Counted from the first letter of the stretch, positions 40,078 through 50,878 are shown. The stretch is DNA of 57,305 nt from Bacteroidales bacterium (GCA_026417155.1 JAOADU010000072.1:1-57305); one strand, 5' to 3'. Notes: generated by a model not told the origin, from the sequence alone. A program made the numbers and translations.

Positions 40078-40292
40078 GCTGAGTTCTAAAAATATGTATT
40101 TGCAAAAAACAACCTAGTGTTAAAACAATTAGTATCTCATTTAAGTCGTTGAGTGGTAAAAATTAAGGACCAATTATTTCAAAAATTATTGAATTCAGTA
40201 AATGTCGTTTAGGCAATATGTCAGAATACAATGTATCTCCGACATCCTTGTCGGAGTAGAAATTTTTCACTAGCTGGATGCCAGTGTTACAG
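40078..40292. repeat. Dispersed non-coding repeat with REP-like hairpins, copy 1
   Basis: Reverse complement of 40161-40292 aligns ungapped with 56669-56800 at 113/132 identities (hand count). Contains GTAT-CTCCGACA-tcct-TGTCGGAG (40233-40256) and an inverted CACTAGC..GCCAGTG-TTAC (40268-40290). Confidence 0.9.
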
Positions 40293-40418
40293 AGTGCCTT
40301 AGGTATTTATGTAGAAGTATAAATTTCTTGTTAACCTCATCGCTACTGCTACGAATGATGGATAGAATTCATAAATTAATGAAAATGAATATGTTTTTTT
40401 AGAATTAAGTCAAAATAT

Positions 40419-41888
40419 TTAATATATTACTAATAAAAATTTTCTTGAAACTAAGGCATCTGTTGTAATACTGAAAATGTAAGTTCCACTAATCTTTTCT
40501 GTTATATCTATTTGACCATTACTGCAAGTTCCTTTTATAATAACTTTTCCAGTAATATCAGTTATTTCGTAATTAAAGTTATTTATACCTTGAACAAACA
40601 AAGTATTATTTATTAGTGGGTTAGGATAAATTTTAATGTCATTGTAATTACTGGTGGATAAAGAAGTAACAGTAACGTTAATGACTTGTGAAATGGTATC
40701 GCTTCCGCATTCATTATATACAATTAAATAAACAGTATAAGTTCCGCTCAACAGATAAGTATGGGTAGGATTTTCTACAGTATCACCAGGAAGAAAAGGA
40801 AAGATATCGGTATCTCCGAAAAACCATTTCCACTGAGTAGCATCGGTCGAAGTACTTGTGAAGTTAACGGTGCCATTGGGTTGAATATTATAAGTAAAGC
40901 CGGCTACTGGCATGTTTCCAGGACATTCTAAGGTAATAGGAATAACTATAGTATCGGTACCGCATTCATTGCTAGCAACAAGAGTAACATTATAAGTTCC
41001 ATATTGATTGTAGGTATGAGTTGGATTAGCAATACTGTCGGAAGGAATGAAAGGAATTACTTCATCACCAAAAAACCAACTATATGAAGTTGCATCGGTT
41101 GATTGATTAATAAATGAAACTTGCAGACCATTGGCAACATATGTAAAGTTAGCAATGGGTAAATTACCAGGACATTCAACGTTTATCGTATCTCGGATAG
41201 TATCAGTCTGACCACAAGCATTGTATGCAATTAATGTTACTACATAGCTTCCATACTGTGAGTAAGTATGAGTTGGGTGTGTGTTTGTATCGCCGGGTGA
41301 AAAAGGAGGAGGAACTAACTCATCGCCAAAATACCATAAATAACTTACAGCATTTTGAGATGTATTAGTAAATTGAACCGATAATCCATTTTGGGTATAT
41401 GTAAAAGATGCATCTGGAGCTGATAAGCACATGTTTATCTGAATATCAAAACTCGTTTGCGGAGTTGTAAAATTAATGCTAGATACAATAATGTAATAAG
41501 TTGAACCACTGGTTAAAGCCACAGTCAAAGAGGGATTTCCCATAGGTGCTTTATTATTGGCAATGCATTGTACGTTAGGATCGTCAGGACATAAATTAGT
41601 TACAAATAAACCAACTGCAGGCGAAGTATTGGTTAATTTAATGGTATAATCTGCACTTTGTGTGGGCGTAAATACAAAAACATAATCTTTGCCCGACATG
41701 TAATTGGAAAAACCCGAACCACTACATGGCAAACTATTGTACGTAGTTCCTACTGTTGCTAAACCAGTCTGTACAAACGGAATAGCGTTAATTACATGTG
41801 CTTGATTACAAGTAGAACCTGTTTGACTTTTTACGTAGAAAAGATTTAAAATACAAATAAATACCAAAGTAAGAATGATAGTTTTCAT
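40419..41888 (-). CDS. T9SS-secreted protein with three PKD domains
   Basis: Signal peptide; Cys-containing N-terminal domain; three W.FGD...PTHTY...G.Y.V.L repeats; type-A CTD IKIYPNP..ITGK..GTY. Confidence 0.9.
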   Translation of the reverse strand: MKTIILTLVFICILNLFYVKSQTGSTCNQAHVINAIPFVQTGLATVGTTYNSLPCSGSGFSNYMSGKDYVFVFTPTQSADYTIKLTNTSPAVGLFVTNLCPDDPNVQCIANNKAPMGNPSLTVALTSGSTYYIIVSSINFTTPQTSFDIQINMCLSAPDASFTYTQNGLSVQFTNTSQNAVSYLWYFGDELVPPPFSPGDTNTHPTHTYSQYGSYVVTLIAYNACGQTDTIRDTINVECPGNLPIANFTYVANGLQVSFINQSTDATSYSWFFGDEVIPFIPSDSIANPTHTYNQYGTYNVTLVASNECGTDTIVIPITLECPGNMPVAGFTYNIQPNGTVNFTSTSTDATQWKWFFGDTDIFPFLPGDTVENPTHTYLLSGTYTVYLIVYNECGSDTISQVINVTVTSLSTSNYNDIKIYPNPLINNTLFVQGINNFNYEITDITGKVIIKGTCSNGQIDITEKISGTYIFSITTDALVSRKFLLVIY

Positions 41889-41948
41889 AGTTAAAAAATT
41901 TTTTTACAAATATAATCTATTATTAATTTGTCAAAGAAAAAAAATTTA

Positions 41949-41956
41949 TATATTTG
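41949..41956 (+). promoter_or_regulatory. -7 promoter box; a divergent box for the PKD gene lies at 41907-41914
   Basis: TATATTTG on plus at 41949 and TATATTTG on minus at 41907-41914. Confidence 0.6.
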
Positions 41957-41980
41957 CGTAACTAATCAAAATTTAAGAAT

Positions 41981-42406
41981 ATGAAAAATTTATTTATTTT
42001 TACAGTAGCTGTAGCTTTTATTTTTTCTTCATGTGGAAAATATGAAGATGGTCCTGCTTTTAGTTTAGCAAGCAAAAAATCAAGAGTTGTAAATGTTTGG
42101 CAACTAGACAAATCGTTTCATAATGGCGTAGAAGTACAATTATCTGCCGACGATAAAGACGATTATATGGAATTTACCAAAGACAATAAACTCAAAATTA
42201 CATGGGTTGGGCAAGGTCAAACATATACTGTTGAAGGCACATGGGAATTTGACGACAAAAAAGAAAATTTGATTACTAAAATTACATACATGGGTGTAAC
42301 TTCGGTAGATACTTCAAAAATTTTACGCTTAAAAAGTAATGAAATGTGGTTAGAATACAAAAATGGAAACGATGTTCATAAAGATTATTACATTTCAAAA
42401 AAATAA
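41981..42406 (+). CDS. Lipocalin-like lipoprotein
   Basis: FSS-C lipobox, KYEDGP, W..., GTWEF, ILRLKSNEMWL. Confidence 0.7.
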   Translation: MKNLFIFTVAVAFIFSSCGKYEDGPAFSLASKKSRVVNVWQLDKSFHNGVEVQLSADDKDDYMEFTKDNKLKITWVGQGQTYTVEGTWEFDDKKENLITKITYMGVTSVDTSKILRLKSNEMWLEYKNGNDVHKDYYISKK

Positions 42407-42423
42407 TAAGGACATTTTAATAT

Positions 42424-42464
42424 AAACAAAAGGCTGTTAATAATTTAACAGCCTTTTGTTTTTT
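42424..42464 (+). terminator. Intrinsic terminator
   Basis: AAACAAAAGGCTGTTAA-taa-TTTAACAGCCTTTTGTTT followed by a T-run. Confidence 0.85.
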
Positions 42465-42534
42465 TGTGCTTTGAATTAGAAAAAAATTACTTAATTTTAT
42501 GCCCATGTTTTAAAGTGCTTAAACAGTGTATCGA

Positions 42535-44598
42535 ATGAGAAAAAGTGTATTATTTACATTATTGCTTTTGTATGTGGGTTATGCATTTCCACAAGCAAAA
42601 GATTATCAAAAAGGCGAAGAAGCCTTTATGTATGAGGAATATTGGACAGCAATAGAACATTACAAAGTAGCATATTCAAAATATAACGATCCTGTTAAAA
42701 AAGCAGAACTAGTTTTTAAAATAGGATTATGTTACAGGGCATTGCACGAATCAAAGGAAGCAGAATTATGGTTTAAGAAAGCAATTAAAGTAAAATATCC
42801 CGATCCATTGGCCGTATTATATTATGCCGATGCTTTGAAAATGAATGGATCATTTGAAGAAGCTGCCATTGAATATCAAAATTATGGGAAGCTTGTGCCT
42901 GGCGACAAGAGAGCCGAAATTGGAGTGAAATCTTGTCAATTAGCAGCTAAGTGGATTAGTAAGCCTACTCGTTATGCAGTTGAAAACATGGCGTTTATCA
43001 ATTCAAAAGATCAAGATTTTAGTCCAGTGTTTGCAAAAAAAGATTATAAATCAATATATTTTACATCGAATAGAGCTGGTAGCACAGGTAATCAGATACA
43101 TGCACGAACAGGTGCGGGCTTTTTTGATTTGTGGGAAACTTCGGCCGACAGAAAAGGCAAGTGGAGCGAACCCAAACCATTAGAACCACCTGTTAATACA
43201 CCCGACGACGAAGGAGCTTCTTCCTTAAATTTAAAAGGGAATACATTGTATTTTACGCGTTGCCAAGTAAGTAAAAAGCAAATACTTGGATGTAAAATAT
43301 TTTATTCAGAACGTAAAGGTGTAAACTGGGATGTACCTCAGATCATTAACATTAAAGGAGCTGTAGATAGTACTTCAATAGGTCATCCTTCAATATCGGA
43401 AGATGAAACAACGCTTTACTTTTCTGCCAATTTGCCCGGCGGTTATGGCGGAAGGGATATTTGGATGATAAAACGCGATAAAAAAAGTGCACCTTGGAAT
43501 CCTGAGCCAATTAACTTAGGTCCGGAAATTAATACTCCAGGAAATGAAGTTTTTCCATACATAAGAAATAATGGCAAGCTATATTTTTCTAGCGATTATC
43601 ACGTAGGTATGGGTGGGTTCGATATTTTCGAAGCTGTTTTAGATCAAAAAACAGGTAAGTATAAAGTTAATAATATGAAATATCCTATAAATTCTAATGC
43701 AGACGACTTTGGAATCATCTTTGAAGGCGAAGCCGAAAGAGGATATTTTTCATCAAGTCGTAAAGGTGGTAAAGGAGGAGACGATATTTACATGTTTTAC
43801 TTACCACCGTTGCAGTTTACACTTAAAGGCTTTATTAAAGACTGTAAAACCGACGAACCAATACCTGGTGCAAAGCTTGTGCTAAAAGGAAGTGACGGAA
43901 CAACGGTGGAAGGAGTTAGCGAAGCCGATGGTTCGTATAAGTTTAACTTAAATGCCAATACAGACTATCAAATTTTAGCATCTAAAGAGAAATACTTGAA
44001 TGGCAATGCTGGTGAATCAACTCGTGGATTAGAAGAAAATAAAGAATTTAATGTAGATATATGTTTGGAAAGCATTCGCGAACCTATAGAATTGCCAAAT
44101 ATTGAGTACGACTTAGGTAAATGGGATTTACGTCCCGAATCAATGGTATCGCTCGATAAGCTGGTCGAGACACTTAATAATAACCCCAATATCGTAATAG
44201 AATTAGGATCTCATACCGATTTTAGAGCCGATGATAAATTTAACTTAGAGCTATCTCAAAAACGAGCACAATCGGTTGTGAATTATTTAATAGAAAAAGG
44301 TATTGAACCTGAAAGACTTGTTGCTAAAGGTTATGGCGAAACAAAGCCCAAAGTTGTAGATAAGAAAATGGCTGAACGCTATCCGGGGTTCTTGAGAGAA
44401 GGTCAGGTATTAAATGAAAAATTCATAAAATCGCTTGCTACGGTTGAAGAACAAGAAGTTTGCCATCAATATAATCGTAGAACAGAGTTCAGAGTTCTAA
44501 GAGAAGATTATGTTTCAAAGAAACAAAATACTACCTTGCCTCAAAACTTCCCAACACCTCAAACAGAAGAAAACAAATCGAACGAAGAAAACGAGTAG
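42535..44598 (+). CDS. PorE-like TPR / PD40 beta-propeller / carboxypeptidase-regulatory-like / OmpA-domain protein
   Basis: N-terminal TPRs, repeated LYF.S...GG.DI, INTPGNEVFP, and OmpA_C motifs SHTD..N.ELSQKRAQS..GYGE..NRRTEF. Confidence 0.88.
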   Translation: MRKSVLFTLLLLYVGYAFPQAKDYQKGEEAFMYEEYWTAIEHYKVAYSKYNDPVKKAELVFKIGLCYRALHESKEAELWFKKAIKVKYPDPLAVLYYADALKMNGSFEEAAIEYQNYGKLVPGDKRAEIGVKSCQLAAKWISKPTRYAVENMAFINSKDQDFSPVFAKKDYKSIYFTSNRAGSTGNQIHARTGAGFFDLWETSADRKGKWSEPKPLEPPVNTPDDEGASSLNLKGNTLYFTRCQVSKKQILGCKIFYSERKGVNWDVPQIINIKGAVDSTSIGHPSISEDETTLYFSANLPGGYGGRDIWMIKRDKKSAPWNPEPINLGPEINTPGNEVFPYIRNNGKLYFSSDYHVGMGGFDIFEAVLDQKTGKYKVNNMKYPINSNADDFGIIFEGEAERGYFSSSRKGGKGGDDIYMFYLPPLQFTLKGFIKDCKTDEPIPGAKLVLKGSDGTTVEGVSEADGSYKFNLNANTDYQILASKEKYLNGNAGESTRGLEENKEFNVDICLESIREPIELPNIEYDLGKWDLRPESMVSLDKLVETLNNNPNIVIELGSHTDFRADDKFNLELSQKRAQSVVNYLIEKGIEPERLVAKGYGETKPKVVDKKMAERYPGFLREGQVLNEKFIKSLATVEEQEVCHQYNRRTEFRVLREDYVSKKQNTTLPQNFPTPQTEENKSNEENE

Positions 44599-44618
44599 CT
44601 ATTTAATAATGTTATGCT

Positions 44619-44648
44619 GCGTTCCGGCTAACCCGGAACGCTTTTTTT
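44619..44648 (+). terminator. Intrinsic terminator
   Basis: GCGTTCCGG-ctaac-CCGGAACGC followed by T7. Confidence 0.85.
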
Positions 44649-45830
44649 ATGAAAAAAAATATGAATTTAGATAAATACGAAAAACGAGGCGTAAGCTCTC
44701 AAAAAGAAGATGTACACAAAGCAATAAGTAATTTGGATAAAGGGTTATATGAAAATACTTTTTGCAAAATCTTACCTAATATTTTTGAACCCGGCACATC
44801 AAATGTTGTGATAATGCATGCCGATGGGGCAGGTACAAAATCATCTCTTGCATATCTTTATTGGAAAGAGACAGGCGATATTAATGTTTGGAAGGGGCTG
44901 GTTTGCGATGCTCTTTATATGAACATCGACGATATGATGTGCTCGGGTGCATTAGGACCATTTGTTGTATCGTCTACAATTGGACGCAACAAAGGTTTAA
45001 TTACGGGCGATATTATTTCTACTATCATAAATGAATTTAATGAACAATGCCAATGGTTAACAAGTGTAGGGATTCCTGCAATTTTGGCTGGAGGTGAAAC
45101 GGCTGATGTTGGCGATTTGGTTAGAACTATTATTATTGATTCAACAGTTTATAGTCAAATAAAAAAAGAGAATGTTATTCAAATAAATATACAACCCGGC
45201 GATGTGATTGTAGCACTTGCATCATACGGTAAAGCAAGCTATGAAAAAGAGTATAATAGTGGAATAGGAAGCAATGGTTTGACCTTTGCTCGACACGAAG
45301 TATTATATCGAAAATATGCCCAACAATATCCTGAAACTTACGATTCAAATATTGATGAAGAATATATATATACTGGAAAATATAAAGTTACCGATGTGGA
45401 ACCTGAAACAAAATTGTCGGTAGGAAAATTATTATTATCACCAACAAGAACATATGTACCAATTTTAAAAGATATTTTTAAACAATATAGGGATAAAATT
45501 CATGGAATAATACACTGTACAGGTGGCGGTCAAACCAAAGTTTTGAATTTTACTAAAAATATCCATATAATTAAAGAAAATTTATTGCCTATTCCACCGG
45601 TATTTCGATTAATACAATCTGTTTCTAATTCCGATTGGAAAGAAATGTTTCGTGTGTTTAATATGGGTCATCGTTTAGAAATATATACGGATCTTTTTAC
45701 CGCAGAACAAATTATAAAAGTATCACAACAGTACAATATAGATGCAAAAATTATTGGGCATTGTCAGCCATCGAATGAAAATAAACTAACAATAAAATAC
45801 AATCAGGAAGAGTATACATATATAAAGTAG
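44649..45830 (+). CDS. purM: Phosphoribosylformylglycinamidine cyclo-ligase (Bacteroidota type)
   Basis: RGVSSQKEDVH, HADGAGTK, GGETADVGD, GSNGLT, HCTGGGQTK, FNMGHR. True start may be 44661. Confidence 0.92.
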   Translation: MKKNMNLDKYEKRGVSSQKEDVHKAISNLDKGLYENTFCKILPNIFEPGTSNVVIMHADGAGTKSSLAYLYWKETGDINVWKGLVCDALYMNIDDMMCSGALGPFVVSSTIGRNKGLITGDIISTIINEFNEQCQWLTSVGIPAILAGGETADVGDLVRTIIIDSTVYSQIKKENVIQINIQPGDVIVALASYGKASYEKEYNSGIGSNGLTFARHEVLYRKYAQQYPETYDSNIDEEYIYTGKYKVTDVEPETKLSVGKLLLSPTRTYVPILKDIFKQYRDKIHGIIHCTGGGQTKVLNFTKNIHIIKENLLPIPPVFRLIQSVSNSDWKEMFRVFNMGHRLEIYTDLFTAEQIIKVSQQYNIDAKIIGHCQPSNENKLTIKYNQEEYTYIK

Positions 45831-45839
45831 GAGTAGCGT

Positions 45840-46928
45840 ATGGCAGAAAATATCATTTTAGAAAAATTAGAAGGAATTCAATCAAAATTTTTAGAAATTA
45901 GCGAACAACTCTCTAATCCAGAGGTCATAGCCGATATGAAACGTTTTGTAGCTCTGAATAAGGAATACAAAGCAATGGAACCAATAGTTAATGCCTACAA
46001 AGAATATAAAAATATTGTAAGTAATATAGAATCGGCAAAACATATATTAAGTAACGAAAAAGACGAAGAATTGCGCGAAATGGCAAAAACAGAATTAGAT
46101 AGTTTATTAAAAAGACAAGAAGAGCTAGAAGAAGAAATTAAAATATTGTTATTGCCCAAAGATCCTGAAGATTCTAAGAATGCCATTGTAGAAATTAGGG
46201 CTGGAACGGGAGGCGATGAAGCATCTATTTTTGCAGGCGATTTGTTTAGAATGTATACAAAGTACTGCGAATCGAAAAATTGGAAAATAGAAATCAATAG
46301 TTTTACAGAAGGTACGGTGGGTGGTTATAAGGAAATAATATTTAAAATTATTGGTGATGGTGTATATGGCATAATGAAATTTGAGTCGGGTGTTCATAGA
46401 GTTCAGCGTGTACCGCAAACCGAAACACAAGGCAGAGTGCACACTTCGGCTGCAACGGTAGCAGTTTTTCCCGAAGCCGACGAGTTTGACATTCAGCTCA
46501 ATATGAACGACATTCGCAAAGAAACCTTCTGCTCGAGCGGACCAGGTGGGCAATCAGTAAATACAACCTATTCGGCAGTTCGGCTAACTCATATTCCTAC
46601 AGGTATTGTTGTAAGCATTCAAGACGAAAAATCGCAAATAAAAAATTACGAAAAAGCATTAAACGAACTTCGTACAAGAATTTATAATTTAGAATATCAA
46701 AAATACCTCGACCAAATAAGCGCAAAACGCAAAACGATGGTATCTACGGGCGATCGTTCAGCCAAAATACGAACTTACAATTATCCACAAAACAGAGTTA
46801 CTGATCATCGTATCAATTTAACTCTCTATAACTTAGATTCAATCATCAATGGCGATTTAGATGAACTGATTCATGCATTGCAAGTTGCAGAAAATGCCGA
46901 AAAACTAAAAGAATCGGAACAACTATAA
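45840..46928 (+). CDS. prfA: Peptide chain release factor 1
   Basis: [17 protein letters not shown] (PxT specificity motif), [20 protein letters not shown]. Confidence 0.98.
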   Translation: MAENIILEKLEGIQSKFLEISEQLSNPEVIADMKRFVALNKEYKAMEPIVNAYKEYKNIVSNIESAKHILSNEKDEELREMAKTELDSLLKRQEELEEEIKILLLPKDPEDSKNAIVEIRAGTGGDEASIFAGDLFRMYTKYCESKNWKIEINSFTEGTVGGYKEIIFKIIGDGVYGIMKFESGVHRVQRVPQTETQGRVHTSAATVAVFPEADEFDIQLNMNDIRKETFCSSGPGGQSVNTTYSAVRLTHIPTGIVVSIQDEKSQIKNYEKALNELRTRIYNLEYQKYLDQISAKRKTMVSTGDRSAKIRTYNYPQNRVTDHRINLTLYNLDSIINGDLDELIHALQVAENAEKLKESEQL

Positions 46929-46939
46929 ACATTTTATAT

Positions 46940-47770
46940 ATGAATTACAATCAATTAGTAGAACAGATAAAACAAAAAGAAAGTTTTCTTTGTGTAGGAT
47001 TGGATACAGACATCAATAAAATACCCGAATTTTTAAAAATACTCAACGATCCTATTTTTGCTTTTAACAAAGGAATTGTGGAGGCAACAGCCGAATACAG
47101 TATAGCATATAAAATAAATGTTGCTTTTTATGAGGCATTAGGCAAAAAAGGTTGGGAAAGTTTAGAAAAAACCGCATGGCACATTAAAAATAATTATCCT
47201 AACATTTTTTTAATAGCCGATGCCAAACGAGGCGATATAGGGAACACATCAGCACAATATGCAAAAGCATTTTTCCATACTTTACCCTTCGATGCTGTTA
47301 CCGTTGCTCCATATATGGGAAGCGACAGCGTGAAGCCATTTTTGGAATATGAAAACAAATTTGTGATACTATTAGCGCTAACATCAAACGAAGGTGCTGC
47401 TGATTTTCAGTATTTCGAAAATAACGAATTTGAATTTTTATTCGAAAAAGTTATTAAAGTTTCTCAACAATGGGCCGACAAAGAAAAAATGATGTATGTA
47501 GTGGGTGCTACACGTGCCGAAATGCTCGAACAAATACGCAAACTTGTTCCTGATCATTTTCTCTTAATTCCTGGTGTGGGAGCTCAGGGAGGAAGTCTTG
47601 AAGAAGTTGCTAAATATGGCTTGAATGCTAATGGTGGATTGATAGTTAATTTGTCGAGAAATATTATTTATGCTGGCAACCAAGAAGATTTTAGAGAACA
47701 AAGTGCTGCAGTTGCGAAACTTATTCAGATGAAAATGCGTACACTCTTAGAAAATCATAGAATCATTTAA
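46940..47770 (+). CDS. pyrF: Orotidine-5'-phosphate decarboxylase
   Basis: [38 protein letters not shown]. Confidence 0.96.
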   Translation: MNYNQLVEQIKQKESFLCVGLDTDINKIPEFLKILNDPIFAFNKGIVEATAEYSIAYKINVAFYEALGKKGWESLEKTAWHIKNNYPNIFLIADAKRGDIGNTSAQYAKAFFHTLPFDAVTVAPYMGSDSVKPFLEYENKFVILLALTSNEGAADFQYFENNEFEFLFEKVIKVSQQWADKEKMMYVVGATRAEMLEQIRKLVPDHFLLIPGVGAQGGSLEEVAKYGLNANGGLIVNLSRNIIYAGNQEDFREQSAAVAKLIQMKMRTLLENHRII

Positions 47771-47776
47771 CAACTT

Positions 47777-49054
47777 ATGAGCGAAGATTTTCTCCAGTTT
47801 TTATGGCAATATCGCTTATTTGATGAAAATAATTTATGCACAAGCAATGGGGAGAAAATCGAAATTATTCATGTAGGAACAAAAAATTCTGATGCAGGAC
47901 CTGACTTTTTTAATTCAAGAATTCGTTATGCTGGTATAGAGTGGGCTGGAAATGTTGAGATACATAAAAATTCATCCGATTGGAACATTCATCAACATAA
48001 CATCGATGAAGCATACGATAACGTTATATTACACGTAGTTTGGAATTACGATCAAGATGTTTTTAATAGTAAACATCAAAAGATACTAACAATCACTTTA
48101 CCTATATTACCCGAAACAATGCAAGAATACAAATCGCTTTACGAAAATCATAAACCAATCGCTTGTTCCGATAAACTTTCTCGTTTAAACTATCCATTTG
48201 CAACATATCTTGAAACACTTGCAGTTAGCAAATTGGAAAAAAAATCGAAATTAATTTCGAATGAATTAAAAGAAACACAATACAATTGGGAGGAGTCTTT
48301 TTATCGAATATTAGCATATAGTTTTGGACTTAAAGCAAATGCCCATGCTTTTCTGATGTTGGCACAAACAACACCGTTAACCATAATAAAAAAAAATTTA
48401 GATCAATACTTTCGTATTGAAGCACTGATGTTTGGTCAGTCTGGATTGTTACCGCAACAATCCGATCATCCGTATGTGGCTAAATTGATAAAAGAATATG
48501 CATACTTGCAACACAAATATAATTTAGTTCCTTTAAATGCTTCGGTATGGAAGTTTTCGAAAATTCATCCTCCTTCCTTTCCTACCATTCGTATTGCACA
48601 GTGGGTTTATTTTCTTCATAAACATGCAAATGATTTAATGAATTTAATTAAGGAAGTACCATTTAAAAAGCTGGTTAAACAATTTCAAATTAAAACATCA
48701 GAATTTTGGGATACCCATTATACATTCGAAAAAGAAACAGAAGTCCCCGTACGAAACAGGATGGGTAAGAGTTTTATTCATTTAATTTTTATTAATTCCG
48801 TTTTGCCGTTTATTTTCATTTATGCTAAAGAAAAGCAAAACACATCATTGCAAGAGTGGGTGATAAATATTTTTGAGCAAATACCATCGGAAAAAAATCA
48901 TATCATAAAATTTTGGCATGAAGCAAATATTATACCTAAAAATGCTTTTCAATCGCAAGCATTGCTGTATTTATATGAGCAGTTTTGCAAACCACGTTTT
49001 TGTTTGCGATGTAATATAGGAACGTATTTATTATTGCATACTAAATCGCTTTGA
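47777..49054 (+). CDS. DUF2851-family protein
   Basis: E.FLQFLW, N.DAGPDF, GNVEIH..SDW..H.H..D..Y..VILHVV, C-terminal C....C..C.IG. Confidence 0.85.
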   Translation: MSEDFLQFLWQYRLFDENNLCTSNGEKIEIIHVGTKNSDAGPDFFNSRIRYAGIEWAGNVEIHKNSSDWNIHQHNIDEAYDNVILHVVWNYDQDVFNSKHQKILTITLPILPETMQEYKSLYENHKPIACSDKLSRLNYPFATYLETLAVSKLEKKSKLISNELKETQYNWEESFYRILAYSFGLKANAHAFLMLAQTTPLTIIKKNLDQYFRIEALMFGQSGLLPQQSDHPYVAKLIKEYAYLQHKYNLVPLNASVWKFSKIHPPSFPTIRIAQWVYFLHKHANDLMNLIKEVPFKKLVKQFQIKTSEFWDTHYTFEKETEVPVRNRMGKSFIHLIFINSVLPFIFIYAKEKQNTSLQEWVINIFEQIPSEKNHIIKFWHEANIIPKNAFQSQALLYLYEQFCKPRFCLRCNIGTYLLLHTKSL

Positions 49055-49058
49055 CCTT

Positions 49059-49829
49059 ATGGTAAAGCCCAAAAAGTATTTAGGACAACATTTTCTGCAC
49101 GATAGAAATATTGCTCAAAAAATAGTACAATTGCTAAAACCAGCAAAAACAATTATTGAAGTAGGTTCGGGAACAGGAGCTTTATCTACAATATTGTTTC
49201 AGTTATATAAAGAAAAAGTATTGTTTTTCGATATAGATGCAGAATCTATTGAGTTTTTACACGAGCAAATACAAATACCAACTTCTCAGTTGTATTTGCA
49301 AGATTTTTTAACAGTAAATCTCAATGAATTCATCGCTCCGATCCATATCATTGGTAATTTCCCATACAATATTAGCAGTTCTTTATTATTTAAAATATTA
49401 GAAAACAAACATCTTGTTTCTCAGGTTGTATGTATGTTGCAAAAAGAAGTTGCTCAACGAATTTGTGCAAAAGAGGGCAACAAAATGTACGGAATATTGA
49501 GCGTGTTAATTCAAACTTATTATGACGTTCTTTATCATTTTCAGGTAAATGAAAGTGTTTTTGTACCACCACCAAAAGTAAAGTCGGCAGTAATTGAGTT
49601 AAGATATAAAAACGATGCCCCTGTACCGCTAAACGAAGAATTTTTTTTCGCTATGGTAAAAGCATCGTTTAATAAAAGAAGAAAAATATTATCAAATTCT
49701 CTTAGCGATATAATTGATAAAAAATACATCCCCGAAAAATATGCAACAAAACGACCAGAAATGCTTAGTGTATCGGAGTTTTTAGATTTATCGAATCAAT
49801 TGTATTTAAAAATTCGAACTAAATCATAG
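49059..49829 (+). CDS. rsmA: 16S rRNA m6,2A1518/1519 dimethyltransferase
   Basis: KKYLGQHFL, EVGSGTG, GNFPYNISS, MLQKEVA, FVPPPKVKSAV. Confidence 0.96.
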   Translation: MVKPKKYLGQHFLHDRNIAQKIVQLLKPAKTIIEVGSGTGALSTILFQLYKEKVLFFDIDAESIEFLHEQIQIPTSQLYLQDFLTVNLNEFIAPIHIIGNFPYNISSSLLFKILENKHLVSQVVCMLQKEVAQRICAKEGNKMYGILSVLIQTYYDVLYHFQVNESVFVPPPKVKSAVIELRYKNDAPVPLNEEFFFAMVKASFNKRRKILSNSLSDIIDKKYIPEKYATKRPEMLSVSEFLDLSNQLYLKIRTKS

Positions 49830-49879
49830 AAGTAAATTCGTAAAATATTTCTATTTTTGTGCTCAATTGATAAAATAAC

Positions 49880-50878
49880 GTGAGCAAAGATTTTAATTCT
49901 GATTGGCTTTTTGATATCTATAATTATAATAAACGTATTTACCTTATTGTATCTATTATTTCAATTGTTGTTTTTTCAATATTGGCTTATCTTTTACCGT
50001 CGGAATACCGTGCCACAGTTATATTATTTCCGGCAAGCAACGAATCGGTCAGTTATAGCGTATTTGCCGAAAACTCTCAAACCAAAGGGATAACACGTTT
50101 TGGCGAAAATGAAGAAGTGGAATACTTTTTACAAGTGCTAAATAGCGACGAAATTAAAGATTATATAACAAAGCGTTTTAATTTATATGAACATTATAAT
50201 ATAGATACTTTATCGTACAAGTATCCAAAAACAAAACTTACCAGAAAATGGGAAAATAATGTTTCGTTTCGAAAAACTGAATTCTTATCTATTGAGATAG
50301 AAGTGTTCGATCATGATCCCAAATATGCAGCAAATATGGCAAATGCTATTGCCGAATATGCCGATACACTCATGAACAAAATAAAACACGAACGTTCGAA
50401 GAAAGCTTATGAAATTGTTAAAAAAGAATATTTCGATGCATTAGCCCAATTGCAATACATGCAAGATTCGATACAAAAGATTAGAAAATTAGGTGTTATA
50501 AATTATGATGCACAAAGCGAGGTATATAGCGATGCATATGCTCAAGCGTTAGCAAAAGGGAATATGCAAGGAGCCAAATTATTGGAAGAAAAGTTTCGTG
50601 TTTTATCGGAGTATGGGGGCATTTACCAAACTTTTGATGAAATGCTTACTTACGAAGCTAAGCGTATTGTTGCGTTAAAAGAAAAATATATTCAGGCTAA
50701 AGTTGATGCTGAGCAATTTATACCATACAAATTTATTGTTAGCAAAGCTGATATACCCGAAAAAGAATATTATCCAATACGTTGGCTAATAATTGTAGGA
50801 GGGCTACTTTCATCGTGGCTATTATTAACGGTTATTTTAGCCTTCATGATTAAAAAAAAAAAGTTCAATTACATCTGA
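49880..50878 (+). CDS. Wzz-like polysaccharide co-polymerase
   Basis: Two terminal TMs flanking a coiled-coil periplasmic region; Pro-rich PEKEYYPIR before TM2. Confidence 0.78.
   Translation: MSKDFNSDWLFDIYNYNKRIYLIVSIISIVVFSILAYLLPSEYRATVILFPASNESVSYSVFAENSQTKGITRFGENEEVEYFLQVLNSDEIKDYITKRFNLYEHYNIDTLSYKYPKTKLTRKWENNVSFRKTEFLSIEIEVFDHDPKYAANMANAIAEYADTLMNKIKHERSKKAYEIVKKEYFDALAQLQYMQDSIQKIRKLGVINYDAQSEVYSDAYAQALAKGNMQGAKLLEEKFRVLSEYGGIYQTFDEMLTYEAKRIVALKEKYIQAKVDAEQFIPYKFIVSKADIPEKEYYPIRWLIIVGGLLSSWLLLTVILAFMIKKKKFNYI

Noticed and set aside
40117-40260. Small peptide or pseudogene inside the dispersed repeat
   Set aside because: Both copies have stops or frameshifts, and the substitutions between them are mostly non-synonymous.
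40335-40361. Second kind of palindromic repeat (ctcatcgctactgctacgaatgatg)
   Set aside because: Weak, imperfect hairpin with a single copy in the window; cannot be supported.
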